A stretch of DNA of 64,000 nt from Okamejei kenojei (Eukaryota). The stretch spans positions 5,456,001 through 5,520,000 of the forward strand of contig CM069157.1 in the NCBI GenBank assembly GCA_035221665.1, in the 5' to 3' direction. The position numbers were made by a program, and so were the translations under genes. The notes under the pieces were generated by a model that worked only from the letters and a program-made list of their open reading frames with translations, was not told the origin of the DNA and made no database searches. Below are positions 11,568-24,931 of this stretch, in pieces. Within the stretch, counting starts at the first letter, position 1. Every line of letters starts with the position of its first letter.

Positions 11568-11861
11568 GGGCTGCACAGTGGCACAACGGTAGAGTTGATG
11601 CCTCACAGCACCAGAGACCTGGGCTCGATCCTGACTATGGGTGCTGTATGTATGGAGTTTGTACGTTTTCACTGTGATCATGTCAGTTTTCTACGGGTGC
11701 TCCAGCCTCCTCCCACACTCCCAAAACATTCAGGTTTGTAGGTTAATTGACTTCTGCAAGTTGTAAAATTGTCCCTAGTCTGTGCAAGTTGGTGTCCGAG
11801 GTGATCGCTGGTCGGCGCAGACTCAGTGGGCCGAAGGGCCTGTTTCTGTGCTGTATCTAAA
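11568..11861 (+). mobile_element. Full-length tRNA-derived V-SINE/HE1-like SINE
   Basis: tRNA-like head with A/B boxes, central conserved domain, CR1-like tail gggccgaagggcctgtttc...tgtatctaaa; paralogues at 17381, 18885 and 48208. Confidence 0.85.
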
Positions 11862-13050
11862 GTTTCACCTCCCTTGATACTGACTTGAGGAAAATATTTC
11901 CTGCGTGTTGTCCATTGTAAGCTGTCCTCCCTCTCTAAAGCTGAAGTGATGCCTGCGAAGGGCAAACAAACTGTAGATGCAAGAAATTCAAAAACAAGAC
12001 AGAACACTAAGAACACTCAGGTCTGCTGGGAGAAAAACAGAAATTATGTTGATCACTTTTCAGTAGCTCATCAGATGAAAGGTTATTGACCTGAAACATT
12101 GACTTTGTTTCCTGCTCCACTGATGCTGCCTGACCTGCTGAGTGTTTCCAGCACTTTCCGTTTTGGTGACTTGACTCATGTACATTTTTAAAATATTTGA
12201 ATATTTAAAAATATAGAGACAACATCTGAGTAAACATAGTGAGGTTCCACCATAGCTAACTGATCAATGCCCTCTTTGGAAACGTTGGGACAGACTCTAC
12301 AATTCCTTCAGGAGGGCAATGGTGTGTGGCAGCATCTTGCACTAAACACGTAGTGACTAAACCCCTGAATGGACTCTCATATATATGCTGAAAATGTGGA
12401 TGTGTACATTTATTTTCATGTCAAAAGCTTTGCCAATCATTCAAAACTACAAAAGTAATTACTCTGCATTTTAGAAACCATCACAAATTTAAGCATGCAC
12501 ATTTATTTTTATGTCAAATGCTTTGTTAATCATTCAAAACAACCACAAAAGTACTCATTACCTTGTATTTGAAGAAAACAGCTGCTAATGATAAATCATT
12601 CTTATAAGAGCATTTGATTTGGATTACTATTTAATCCACACTGAGTTCATTAGATTGCAAAAACTTTCACAGCACCAAAAGCGAGTGGTTAAAAATAATA
12701 ATTTATCTCCAGTTTAAGTTCTAATCATCATGTTTAGAAAATAAAATCACTACATCAACAGAAGAACTTTGGATGGTGAGTGCAACAAATTGCTTGTTGA
12801 AAAGGATAGGGTGAAGAAACAGGAGCACCACAGAGCTTCAAGCCAACAAACCAGTACCTGGCTGCTCTTTGGGTGCTTCAATACATCTGTGCTCATGATC
12901 CTCGTCCACTGGTAATTCAATGCAAGTTTTTGGAAACTTACGTTTAGCTGGAGAGAATGTGTACACTTTACCTGCACACATGGTTAGCACAAATATAACA
13001 TTTACAGTTCCTTTCATTCGAAAATCATGTTTTCTCTTAATGAAGACAAA

Positions 13051-13407
13051 GACAATAGGCAATAGGTGCAGGAGTAGGCCATTCGGCCCAAAGAGCCAGC
13101 ACCTCCATTCAATGTGATCATGGCTGATCATCCCCAATCAGTACCCCATTCCTGCCTTCTCCCTATATCCCATGACTCCGCTATTTTTAAGAGCCCTATC
13201 TAGCTCTCTTTTGAAAGCATCCAGAGAACCTGCCTCCACCGCCCTCTGAGGCAGAGAATTCCACAGACTCACCACTCTGTGAGAAAAAGTGTTTCCTCGT
13301 CTCCGTTCTAATTGGTTTACTCTTTATTCTTAAACTGTGGCCCCTGGTTCTGGACTCCTGCCTCTAGCGTGTCCAAACCCTTAACAATCTTATATGTTTC
13401 AATGAGA
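13051..13407 (-). mobile_element. CR1-type LINE 3' fragment
   Basis: IETYKIVKGLD peptide; tail aataggtgcaggagtaggccattcggccc shared with 43150 and 56958. Confidence 0.8.
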
Positions 13408-13956
13408 AGAAAAACGTTTTTAAATAATTTAAACTTTATTAGCATATCGTGGATTTGAAAAGTTCCAATGGAAATCATTAATTTCTGGAAAGGAAAATGC
13501 TGCTTTAGGATTGCAATTGCAAATGTCCAAAAACACAAAATATATCACAAATGCTAAAAAAACCCGAAACTTCTCAGATCAGGCAGCATCTGAGGGAGAG
13601 GGATTCGTTATGTTTCAGGTGAATAATGAAAGGATGCAACAAACATCACACAGCTTGAGCTTGCTCTGCCATTCATCAAGATCATGTTTGATCTTCTACC
13701 TCAGCACCATTTTCCTGTACTTTTCCCCATACCCCCTTATTCCGTTAATGCCCAGTGATCTGTTTTCAATGAACACTGTTAGTGAGCTCCACCGCTGTTC
13801 CAGGCAGAGAATTCCAAAGATTCACCATTCTGGAAGTAGAAATTTCTTCTCATCCGTCTTAAACTGCCATTTCTTATTCTGATACGGCACCCCCTGAACC
13901 TCCACTCCTCAGCACGAGAAACATTCTTCCTCTATTAAGCCAGTCAAAGCCTTTAG

Positions 13957-14835
13957 AGCTGAGGTGCAGAACCTGGCGGGCTGGTGCTCAAGTAACAACT
14001 TGTCACTAAACACCTCCAACACCAAGGAGCTGATTATCGACTTCAAGAGGTCACAGAATGGGAAATACGCCCCAATCTCCATCCACGGGAACAGTGTGGA
14101 GAGAGTGTCCAGCTATATATTTCTGGGAACTCACATCTCAGAGGACCTCACATGGTCCACCGACACCGCTGCGCTTGTCAAAAAGGCACAGCAACGACTG
14201 TACTTCTTGAGAACATTGAAAAGGACTGGTCTGCCCCAACAGCTGCTGACGACTTTCTACCACTGCACCACAGAGAGCATACTAACGTATGGCATCTCTG
14301 TGTGGTATCGCAGCTGCACGGAGGCAGAGAGGAGAGCTCTTCAGCGCGTCGTCCACAGAGCGCAGAAGATTATTGGGACGCCGCTACCAGCCTTGGAGGG
14401 CATCTACCACACACGGTGCCACAGGAAGGCCGTTAGCATACATAAAGACTCCTCTCACCCTTGTAATGGACTGTTCGAACTACTCCCTTCCGGCGGACGT
14501 TACAAGGCCTTCTACGCCCGCACCTCCAGACTCAGGAACAGCTTCATTCCCAGAGCTATAGCGGCTCTGAACCGGCCCTGCTGAGTGCCCCCCACCCCCA
14601 TGGACTGTTTCCCCCGGATGGTCACATCACACAGACACATCTGCCCTTTAGTCTGTTCTGACTGTTTTACTGTTTTAATGTTCTTTTTACAAAAAAAAAA
14701 TGTTCTCAGGGTATCTAAACCTAAATTTTATTCGTTATTTAAGTTATGACATCGGATGGAAGCAGCATACCCAAATCACGTTGCATTTATGTGCAATGAC
14801 AATAAAATATATTATTATATTATTATTATTATTAA
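13957..14835 (+). mobile_element. Rex1/Babar-type LINE, 5'-truncated; RT C-terminus plus DUF1891-like region (ORF 13964-14584)
   Basis: WCSSNNLSLNTSNTKELIIDF, FLGTHISEDLTW, KKAQQRLYFLR, FELLPSG-RY, RLRNSFIPRAI motifs; AATAAA followed by a (TAT)n tail. Confidence 0.88.
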
Positions 14836-15962
14836 TAATCATTTACTCAAATTTCCTCTATAAAAGAATTTCCTCCAATTCTTCTGCATTCGATAGAATG
14901 AATTCCAATCTACTCATACAGCAAACCTGCCAACCCTGCAAACAGGTTGGTTGGTGCTGTGCCTCTTTAATGGCAAGTAAAATCTCCCTTGGGTGACCTC
15001 AAGGCAAAACTTCAAGAGTGGGTTTGTGAAAGCCCAAGACAATTGGAATAAAACACCTTTACTTCCATAATTAAACCATTTTGTGATAATGGCTACCATA
15101 ACATTTACTATCTTAGTCACTTGCTATAAGGGTAACCTTACAGAGATACAAAATCTTTAAGGATGTTGATAAGTTGAATATTCATTGTCACTTCTGCAGG
15201 ATAGAAAGAGACTAATACTGCAGAGCATAGGTTTAAGGTGAGAAGGAAAAGATTAAAAAAGGGACCCATGGGGCAACCTTACCCATACAAGCTGCCAGAG
15301 GAAGTGGTAGCTGCAGTCATAATGATGACATTTAAAAGTCACTGACAGGTACGTGGACAGAACAGGTTTGGGGGCATGTGGGGCAGACGCAGACAAGTGG
15401 GACTACCTTGGCTCGACATCTTGCTCGGCACGGACAAGTTGTGCCAAAGAGCCTGTTTTGGTGCTGAGTAGCTCCGACTGCCAGAACCACTTGCAGTTTC
15501 TAATGGCGAGGGAAACCGAATCAAATCAACTATATATATTTAATATCCCAAAGAGATAGTTTCCTTTTTGAATGCAAAAAGGCAGGCCAGAACATAATGA
15601 GCGGAATTTTCCAAACTAAAGAAATTAATAATGTAATAACCAGCCAATAAAGCAAGATTTTAGCACCAGCCACTTCCCAGGTTTCAACAAGCTGTTGAAC
15701 AATTACATTTTCACACATAGTACTTATTACATATGTTAAAAAGTCAATTGCTATCCTTATCTAATAGATACTGTAGCTTTATGGGAAACTTAAAATTCTG
15801 CAGAAATGGTTTGAATGTGCGATCTCTATTGAAAGCATTATAATTTGATAAAACAAAATAGCCATCAACTTGCGCTGGATATCTTCAGTAGTTTCAATTA
15901 AAAAACCCACTGAACATTACATTGGTAATAGGTGTTGTTACCCTATAGTTTCAATGATACTG

Positions 15963-16958
15963 TAGCAATGTTACAAAATTTTGAGATTTAAAAAATCAAG
16001 CCTGCAATTTATCCCATCAGATAAAGCATTAAGTTTAATTTGACACCCAATTCACTTTCATATCTTCAGTATTAACAAAGTTATGGCCATTTTCATACTC
16101 GGAAATTAGCATCTTGTTCCCCATTGCCTTTCCATTGACTTATCACGAAAGCTGTGATCTAGGCAGTCAAAAGCCCATAACTTTCTCAAAAATTAAGAGA
16201 ACTCAATGAAATTTTCAGTTATTATAGATTGAAGCATTCTGAAACAAATATGAAACAATCTTACTTGGATGACCTGAAATTAAAGCATATAATTAGTTAA
16301 TTACCTAATTGTAGCTAATTACAAAATTCAATTACTAGATCTAAACATCTATCCATTTCTTAAGAAAAGATAAACATTTTTAAATTGCCTAAGTGTCCAA
16401 ATAACATTCACACAATAAAACATGATTTTTAAATCTCATTTTCATGAATTTGTAGGCCAAATGGAAGGAATTTAGTGTTTAATTCCTATAAATTAATGGC
16501 CATTTAAATCAACTTGCGAATGGGTTTTTGTGGAACGCGGTGGATTGGAACGTTGCGGTTTGCGGTGAAGTCGGCATGAAAAACACTGCCGGTTCATACA
16601 TTTTTTTTGCCCCCATTTCGCAACATGAAAATGTGATTAAAGGCGTCCTAAAAACCAAGTTTTAACTGTACTTTATTTTCTCCCTTACGTAAAATCCTTC
16701 CCGTTGTCGGCGCTCACGGCTTTAGAAGATGATTTTTAAATTACTCTAGCTAATAAATAATCTAGCGTAATTTAAAAATATGAATGAAATGTCGGAGCGA
16801 TTTTTCTTCAGCAACGAAATCCCCTAACATGGATCGATTTGCCCAGTCTGTGGAAAAACGGCACTTTAAACACGCCCCCTCTGAAAGGCGCCAAAGTCAC
16901 GCACACGGGGAGCGGCAGAACTGCAGCGCTGCTCAAGATAAGTTTTGTAACATACCTA
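15963..16958. mobile_element. Non-autonomous hAT-like DNA transposon, about 1 kb
   Basis: Imperfect TIR TAGCAATGTTACAAAA / TTTTGTAACATACCTA; flanks GATACTG / AATACTG (6 of 7 match). Confidence 0.6.
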
Positions 16959-17007
16959 AATACTGTGCTAGTAAGGATGTTTTATTTATTATCCCAGATA
17001 AAGTTAC

Positions 17008-17180
17008 CTCCATCAAGGCTTCTGGATGCCCGCTTGCTTGCAGTACGCTCAAAGCGGGGAGCTGGTCTGTCAATTAGGGCGCTTGCTTCCCTGGTCTGTG
17101 CTTGTGTTCGACCGCTGTAACGAAATTTTGAACCCAGGGACAAGAACTTGCTTTTTGCCGAGGATTCGGGAGTTGTCAGC
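17008..17180 (-). CDS. EPB41: EPB41 exon 12 (FERM-adjacent domain) [57 protein letters not shown]
   Basis: cagtag|GCTG ... GAG|gtaac; 173 nt; read manually, absent from the ORF track. Confidence 0.96.
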
Positions 17181-17380
17181 CTACTGGGGAAACGTCAAGT
17201 TAGACAGCGTAGGCAGGCAAGGCATACAAGAATACTTTAATATTTTTCTCTTTATTTTGGAGGCAGAAAAAAAATTGAAACATTGTCAAAAAAATCTTTC
17301 TGGGTACTTTAGGCTTAAAGTTTGCTTTTGTTTTCCTGGCCATGCAAAGAATTCATATGCACAACGAAAGAACTTTAGTT

Positions 17381-17690
17381 CATGGTGGTGCAGCGGTTGA
17401 GTTGCTGTCTTACAGCACTTGTAGCGTCGGAGACCCGGGTTCGATCCGGACTATGGGTGCTGTCTGTACGGAGTTTGTAAGTTCTCCCCGTGACCTCGTG
17501 GGATTTCTCCGAGATCTTCAGTTTCCTCCCACACTTCAAATACGTACAGGTATGTAGGTTAATTGGCTTATGTGTATGTGTAAATTGTACCTAGTGTGTA
17601 GGATGGTGTTAATGTGCGGGGATCGCTGGGCAATGCGGACTCGGTGGGCCAAAGGACCTGATTCCGCGCTGTATCTCTAAACTAAACTAT
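17381..17690 (+). mobile_element. V-SINE/HE1-like SINE
   Basis: B-box gggttcgatcc, conserved body, (CTAAA)n tail. Confidence 0.85.
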
Positions 17691-17882
17691 ATTAATTATT
17701 CAATTAAAGTCTTTTATGGGATAGCTGTTAGGTTTTTCAACTTGAATTACCGACAGGCCAAACTTATAGGCGATTGCAAATGGGAAGATCATAATATTAA
17801 TGTTAAATATTTGAATCAATAAACATTTACATTTTCTGCAAATTATTTTTTACTCCTCCAGCTGGTTATGTTAGATACATAC

Positions 17883-17977
17883 CTGAAAAATGTATGATTT
17901 TCCACACATACTTTCCACAATTTTTTGGCAGCACGGTAATTGGCCAGCTTAAACCCAATAGTACTTTCACACTGATC
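17883..17977 (-). CDS. EPB41: EPB41 exon 11 [31 protein letters not shown](R)
   Basis: ttcag|GATCAG ... CAG|gtatgt; 95 nt. Confidence 0.95.
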
Positions 17978-18884
17978 CTGAAAAATGAATGCAGAACAGA
18001 TAAATAATTCCATCAACATTAACTTGCACAAAGAGTTCGAGTAACTCAGCAGATCAAGCAGCATCCCTGGAGAATGTGGATAGGTGACATTTCGGGTCGG
18101 GACCCTACTTCAGGTCTGAGGAGGGTTCCTGACACCAAACGTGGTCTGAAAAAGAGTTCTGAACCGAAGCATCATCTATCCACGTTGGAAACATATAATA
18201 TAGGTGCAGGAGTAGACTATTCGGTCCTTTGAGCCAGCACTACCATTCAACATGATCATGGCTGATCATCCAGAATGAGTTCACTAGGGATGTGGCCCAA
18301 CACGCTGATTATCCAGCACTGCCTTGTTTTGTAAACCAGCACTTGCAGTTCCTGGTTTCAACACAAACTTGCAGCTATTTTTTTTTTTTTAAAGCGTTAC
18401 AAGGATCGTCGTAGCTTGAAATACTGGAAATTGAAGTCACACGGTTGCTAAAGCACTGAGAACACTACCCATCTTTTGTATTTTGACACATTTGCTGTGT
18501 AAGCATGTGCTTAATTAATACTACAGAAATATAATGGATCACATTTTATCGTCAATGACAAAGATGCACCTTACTTGTCAATGACAGCAGCCTGATGGGC
18601 ACACCGTCCACCCTTAATTTTCATTTCTTTATGGCTGCAGTGTGCATGATCTATAAAATGTATTCATATAAAAATAAATCCATGTCATCCCGGCCACACC
18701 TAGATAATGAAAGACATTAGCAACCACCTGAACAATACCCTTAAGTTACACACAATGATTCTCCATATCCTCAAACCTCTTACTCAGAGCATGGTGGCTT
18801 GCAGTTCTGCTTCATACTTTTTTACAATTAAAAATCTATTTCCTTTCTACAGAAATCATCCTCGCCCATAATTCATTGATTAAA

Positions 18885-19172
18885 ATATACAGTATAGAAA
18901 CAGGCCCTTTGGCCCAATGAGTCTGCTCTGACCAGTGATCACCTGTTCACACTAGTTCTATTTTATCCCACACAATAAGGGAAATGTACACCAAGGCCAA
19001 ATCTAACATACAAACCCGCACTACTTTGGGATGTGGGAGGATGCTGGAGCACCCAGCGGAAATCCACATGTTCTTAGGAAGAACACTCCACCTCCAAACA
19101 AACATCTGAGGTCAGGACCGAACCCAGGTCTCGGACACCGAGACATCAGCTTTACCATCTGCACCACTGTGC
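18885..19172 (-). mobile_element. Diverged V-SINE/HE1-like SINE
   Basis: Reverse-complement similarity to 11568-11861. Confidence 0.65.
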
Positions 19173-19903
19173 CAATCTCTACAGGAGATATCCGTTTTAT
19201 TCTAACTAACCAACTTGTTTTCTTATTTTTCTATTTCTAAACAAAATCTTCAATCTGAAACATTAAGTCTTTCCACCAAGGCGGTCTGACTTGCATTTTT
19301 AACTTTTATTTTACCCAAGAATAATATCCTAAAACAGGAAGGATTAAAAAGTAGGTGGCACTGGGTTAAACACAATACCAGAGATATTACTGCTTTCACA
19401 AGAACATAGTATAGGGCAGATCAGAAAGGAAAAAAAAATCTTAATGAGATCTAACAACAATTTATTCTGCCCACAGATGGCGCTACATCTATTTTTTTTT
19501 AAACTCAAAAGGTTGTAGTCTTGTTCATGTTTACTGGGATTATTCTCTTAGTTTCACATCACACTACACCAATGTGGGCACTTACATGGACTCTATGAAC
19601 AACAATACTTCCAAACATCCACTATGTCCTGAGGAATTGAGAAAGACACAAGAAAACCTTGGACATCAAACACAAAGTTGAACATGAAGACCATGAGGTA
19701 AAACAGCTTTTTTGGCTATTTATCCCAATTATTCGTTCCACTTGCTAGCTGTAGAATTCTTGTTGATTTTACTTGCATCAGAACAATGATATCTCAAAAG
19801 CACTCAACTGACGGTCGGTAACATCAGAAAGCCCAGATGTTATAAAAAAAACATGATACGAATTGTAACCTCATTATTTCAAACACCAAATTAAATATAA
19901 TTA

Positions 19904-20221
19904 TGGCCCTGTCCCACTGTACGGGTTCATTCAAGAGCTCTCTCTAGTTTAAAAAAAATTCAAACACGTGGTAAGCATGTAGAATGAACGTAGCGGGTAC
20001 GTCGGAGCTTGGGGACGTCTCTTAGCAGCTCGTAACGCTAATGGCAGGTACTCGGGAAATGCGGTAAGCTCGGGAAGACGTGAAGATTTTTCAACATGTT
20101 GAAAAATGTCCACGAGAGCCCCGAGTACCGACGAGCGGCCATTACCGTAAATCTCCTGAGTTCGAATCAGGGGAAACTCGGGAGAACTCTTTGAATGAAC
20201 TCGTACAGTGGGACAGGGCTT
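19904..20221. mobile_element. PIF/Harbinger-like MITE
   Basis: About 45-bp imperfect TIRs (GCCCTGTCCCACTGTACG...CGTACAGTGGGACAGGGC); TTA on both flanks (19901-19903, 20222-20224). Confidence 0.8.
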
Positions 20222-21306
20222 TTAGTTTGCTTGGATAAGAAACACAATTACAATGGATAATAGTTTTGGCACTTCTCTGAAATATTTTCCCAACTTTACT
20301 CTGTTTTCCAGAGTCTTCACATTAAAATAAATCAAAATGTTGTTCAATGGCACTTTCTTTCTTTTCCAATGTCCAACTTAAATAACAACAAATATGTATC
20401 TCTTTATAAGAGCTATGGAGACTTGGTGGCTGAATATATTCAAGATAGGGATTGTTAAAATTTTGGATATCATAGGAAACAAGCAGGAAACTGGCAGCCA
20501 TAATGACAAACAATTAGCTGCAATCTTCTTTAAATACAGACCAGGCACAACCCTGATTCTATTTTCTATGTTTAACTAATGTTTAACATTGTCAAATAAA
20601 GAATATCTATAATCCTAGTTTTCATATTTCAAACTAGCTAATGGGTAGTTATTTTCTAGGAACTCAATAAATGAATGTGTGATATACAGCTAACATCACA
20701 GAATGTAGAATTCATAAACAGTGCAGGAGTGTGATACATTTTGAATATAGCTATGGCAGTGTCATGATTATGCTACTGAACTAGCGTATCTGAATTCTAC
20801 GTTCAACACTGCAGCATTAGAACTACAATTCTCTGTAAAATAAATCGAGGGATATGAAGCCACCTACAGAAAGGGATCAAGACAGTGTTTGCATGTTGAA
20901 CTGATTCACTGCCATGACCAAGCATTTGTCTTCCTGATCTGGTCTGGTTTATGTGCAACTCCAAGCTATGTTGTTCATGCATAAATGCCTTTTCAAATGG
21001 TCTACCAGATCAGCTGTATGAAACTATAGAACAGCATTTCAAATACAAAGATTCACCCACACCTCCTCAGGACAGCAAGGCTTAGGCAATTAATGCTTTT
21101 ATTGTGCTTAAATACCCAAATGCGAGCATTAGCAAAACTCACAAATGGATATGCTTGGAACAAAATACTTTTCAGAAAACTCTTAATACAGAACATCATG
21201 ATGGAAAGCACTTGCTTATAATATGTGGATGCAAGAGTTAACTAATATTTTTAACCAAAATATGAATAATTTCACATTCTAAACTTTTATTAAACTGGAG
21301 ACATAC

Positions 21307-21459
21307 CTCTCCCGGACGAATTTTAACAAAGAAACTGCTGCGTTTATATGAAATTTTCAGAACCTTAGGCCAGGCAAAGCGATTTATTCGGAGTCGGTCT
21401 TTGTACACAAGGAGGCCACCAGAAGATACCCCAAGCATGATGTCCACTCCTTCCAAGTC
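21307..21459 (-). CDS. EPB41: EPB41 exon 10 (FERM C-lobe) [11 protein letters not shown]...KIRPGE
   Basis: tttag|GACTTG ... GAG|gtatgt; 153 nt; [17 protein letters not shown]. Confidence 0.96.
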
Positions 21460-23259
21460 CTAAAAGCCAAAGTAATTAAGGGTAGTGAATACAAAGAGCA
21501 GGACAAGTTTGCACCAAGGAAATATCTTTTTTGTTTATCCTCTTATGTTAAAAGATGATGTATTTGTGGGATTACAAAGGTCAAAAAAAGTTTTAAATCT
21601 TCGAAGTCTCATCTCATTGTGCATTTAACAATGATTGGTAAAATCTGTTCAACAGATGCAAGAATGACAGTTATTTCTTTATTCAAACTTTGCTTTTAAC
21701 TATAATTGTAAAATTATAAATCTACCAATACAGACATCATGGATTGAAAGCAAAATATAGTGGATGCAAGAGTTAACTATATTTTTAACCAAAATACTGA
21801 ATAATTACAAAACTCTAGACCCAAGGCACTAAATTGGTCTTGCACATTTTACGTGTCTAAGGCATTTCATCTGCTGAGTGATGAAAAGTGGGTAGTTTGT
21901 AAAGGGGACAAACTGCTTCATCGTTGCACAAATTGACAGTTTCTGACATTGCCAGGGTAACCTTTAAATTTCACCAAAGCTTGGTAATTCATAATATAAA
22001 TGGTCTTCCACCATGCCTTCACCGTATTTATCTGGTTTCAATTAATTTAAGTGGTTAATAAAATTATACAAGTTACATACAGTATATGGCACATTTATAA
22101 ATTAATGTCATGGGGGTCAAAGGATAAAAGCTTTGTGTGTAAGAAGGATTAATAAATCACTTGAAACAACATGCTGCAATGCAAGCAAAAAGAAAAACCC
22201 CAAACTTGTATTTTTCCTTATTTTGGTAATATTTGAAAATGCAGAAATAGACAAAGATCCACAAGTGACATTACCAGAATTGAACAATTATAAATAAGAG
22301 TTCAACTGTGGTAAACAGACAAAAATAAATAAAAGATAATGCGATAATAAATTCAACAATTATAGCACTGAAATATTTTCTGCAGAATTAGACTTGAACT
22401 GGGATGTTATTTTAATTGTTACAATTAGCACTGATACAAGCAGTCATTCAGCCATACTAATTTTGAGGTAATTATTACAGCACAGGAGGCCACCATTTGG
22501 GCAAGCTCCTAGAAAAGTAATCCCATCAGTCCCATCCCCCCCCCCCCCCCCCCCCAACATCCCATTTCTTTGTAGCCCGACAATAATACTACTATTTGCA
22601 AATGTTACCTGTAACCAAAATGGTTAAAATATTTGCATTTTTAACTATTGCATTCAACTATCTATTCTAATTGAAAAACCAATTGATACATTCATACACA
22701 CTGGTCTTCAAACTATTCAACCGTGCCTAACATTATGAATCCTATCCCACAGAAGTTCAAACATTGGGAAGTGTTATACGCTGCATATAAAATTACATTT
22801 CAATCATTGGACTATCTTTTTCACACATGCACTATTGATTTCTGCATTTCACTTTTCATAAGCAACATTGGGCTACATAGCCCCCAACCATTGCAATACT
22901 GGTTTCTGCATCTTAGTACGTTTACACTCTTCTGACATCCACCAATGTTTAATTGCGCATTTCTCCTAATAGCTAAATCATTGCTTTGCTAACAATGGTT
23001 TAGAAATTGGAACATTTAAACTGCAGTCATTAACAAGATTGAATTATACTACTAACTCCAAATATTTACGTTAAGCAGACACAAAAGGCATTGATAGACA
23101 GACAGACATTGTGAAATTAGAAATTTTGCACTAGTTTCTTGCATCAGTTCCTACAAATAAAAGAAACAAACAAATGTTTACAATTGACCTGCAATGTTTT
23201 TGATGAGGAAAACTGAATATTTAGTGGTTTGTAAAATAATTAATGAAGAGATAGTGTAC

Positions 23260-23347
23260 CTTTGCAGGATGAAAATCTACACCATACATTGAAAGCTTCT
23301 TAGCATTCTCCAAGAATTGCAGATCTGCTTGTGCAGGTGTCATGGCC
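23260..23347 (-). CDS. EPB41: EPB41 exon 9 [29 protein letters not shown]
   Basis: cctag|GGCCATG ... AAG|gtac; 88 nt; [14 protein letters not shown] motif. Confidence 0.95.
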
Positions 23348-24712
23348 CTAGGAAGAAATAGTTTAAAATACTTAAGCACTTTAATAATCAAATGTCTCAA
23401 TATCTTAAAAGATTAATCTTTCCTTTGTCTTTGAAGGAGAGCGTCTGCTTTTTTTAACGTAAACGATTTGACAAGTTACCCAACTAGTGCAATGGAAACC
23501 CAGTCCATAAGAGCCACCACTAACAAATATTCAGTTGCTATCATAATGGTATTTTGTCTGTATGATCAGTTCTCCTGGCAAAGAAAATACGATTATATCG
23601 ATGGTCTATGCTGGTAGCTTATTTCAAATACGAGGAAAGTAATCACAATTTTCAATGTCCTTCAACACAGATACACATCAATGCAGTCTGGCTTTACCTC
23701 GTCATCAAAAATCACATATGTTGCCCATCCACAGAATATATACAGCAATAGTGGGAACAATAATGAGAACAAGCAAATTTTGGAAATTGGAAGGAAAAGT
23801 TTCTGCATAATATGGCCACTTTCATTATTTCACTTTTCAGGGGTGAAGGGTCTATTGGATTACATAGACCTCACCAATCAGTAAGACCTGCTGTGGATCT
23901 CACTGGCTCCAACCTTTGACCCAACTTGTTATTGGGACCTGGTCAAAGGCCTCACTGAAAGCCACAAAAGGCAACATCAATTGCACTGGCCTCGTCAACA
24001 AATATTGTTATCTCTTCGAAAAATTCATGTGTGTTGGTCAGACAGCATTTCCCCCCAACACGGCCATGCTAATTATCTTTGATTAGTCCCTGCCTCTGTA
24101 AACTAAAACTAAACTTAGATTAATTGATCAATAATTAAATACAGAGCAGTTTCCTACTGTCTACCCATACAGAAAGTCCATTGTCTTTCATCCTCCAGTC
24201 TGCTTTCAGGTTCCTGTATATTCAATTAGAGACCCTTCAAATCTTGAGGTATCAATTTTGTAAACAAACATTTGTTGTAGGGTTTTATTGAATGCCTCTG
24301 AAAATCCATGAGGTCAACACCTTCCATGTTCTGTTTATCAACATTCTCTAGTATTTCAGCAGAAGAATTCAAATCAGGTTAATTAAACACAATTTGTCTT
24401 TAGAAATATGTTTTTACAAATCTTTTATCGACTCAACCTTGTCCATGTGCCTGTTTTTGTTTGCTTTTTTGTTTACCACTTTGAAAAGCTTTCCCTTAAC
24501 CATTAGTATGCTAATAACTATAGTGTAACTAAGATACTGTTAATTGCCAAAGTGCACCATGAACAATAGGTATAACCATATTTAAAAAATGAATTGACCA
24601 ATTTCCAAGATGGCACCAGAGATATTTATCCAGGAAAATAGAATTATGATCACATGAGCATTTCAACCAGCAAACTTCCAAGTTAACAGGTTTTTAATTT
24701 AAGAATGAATAC

Positions 24713-24931
24713 CTGTGAGTTTTATGAAGTTCCTTTATTTTTTCTTCCAGTTCTTTTGTTTGATTTGGAGCCAACCTTAACTCCGTGAGATAATCTGTTC
24801 CATGTAGCTCTGGATCATATTCACCCAGCTCTGACTGAACTGTATACGATCCCAAAAGGGCAAGAGTAACAAATGAACAAGGCAAACATCCAGTAATTAT
24901 GTCCTGACGCAGCTGAAGACATAAGTAATAT
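24713..24931 (-). CDS. EPB41: EPB41 exon 8 (FERM alpha-lobe) [11 protein letters not shown]...ELHKTH(R)
   Basis: ttcag|ATAT ... CAG|gtatt; 219 nt; lies within ORF 24694-24945. Confidence 0.96.

Noticed and set aside
11568-11640. tRNA-like sequences here and at 8879, 17381 and 48208
   Set aside because: They are SINE heads continuing into SINE bodies; no complete cloverleaf.
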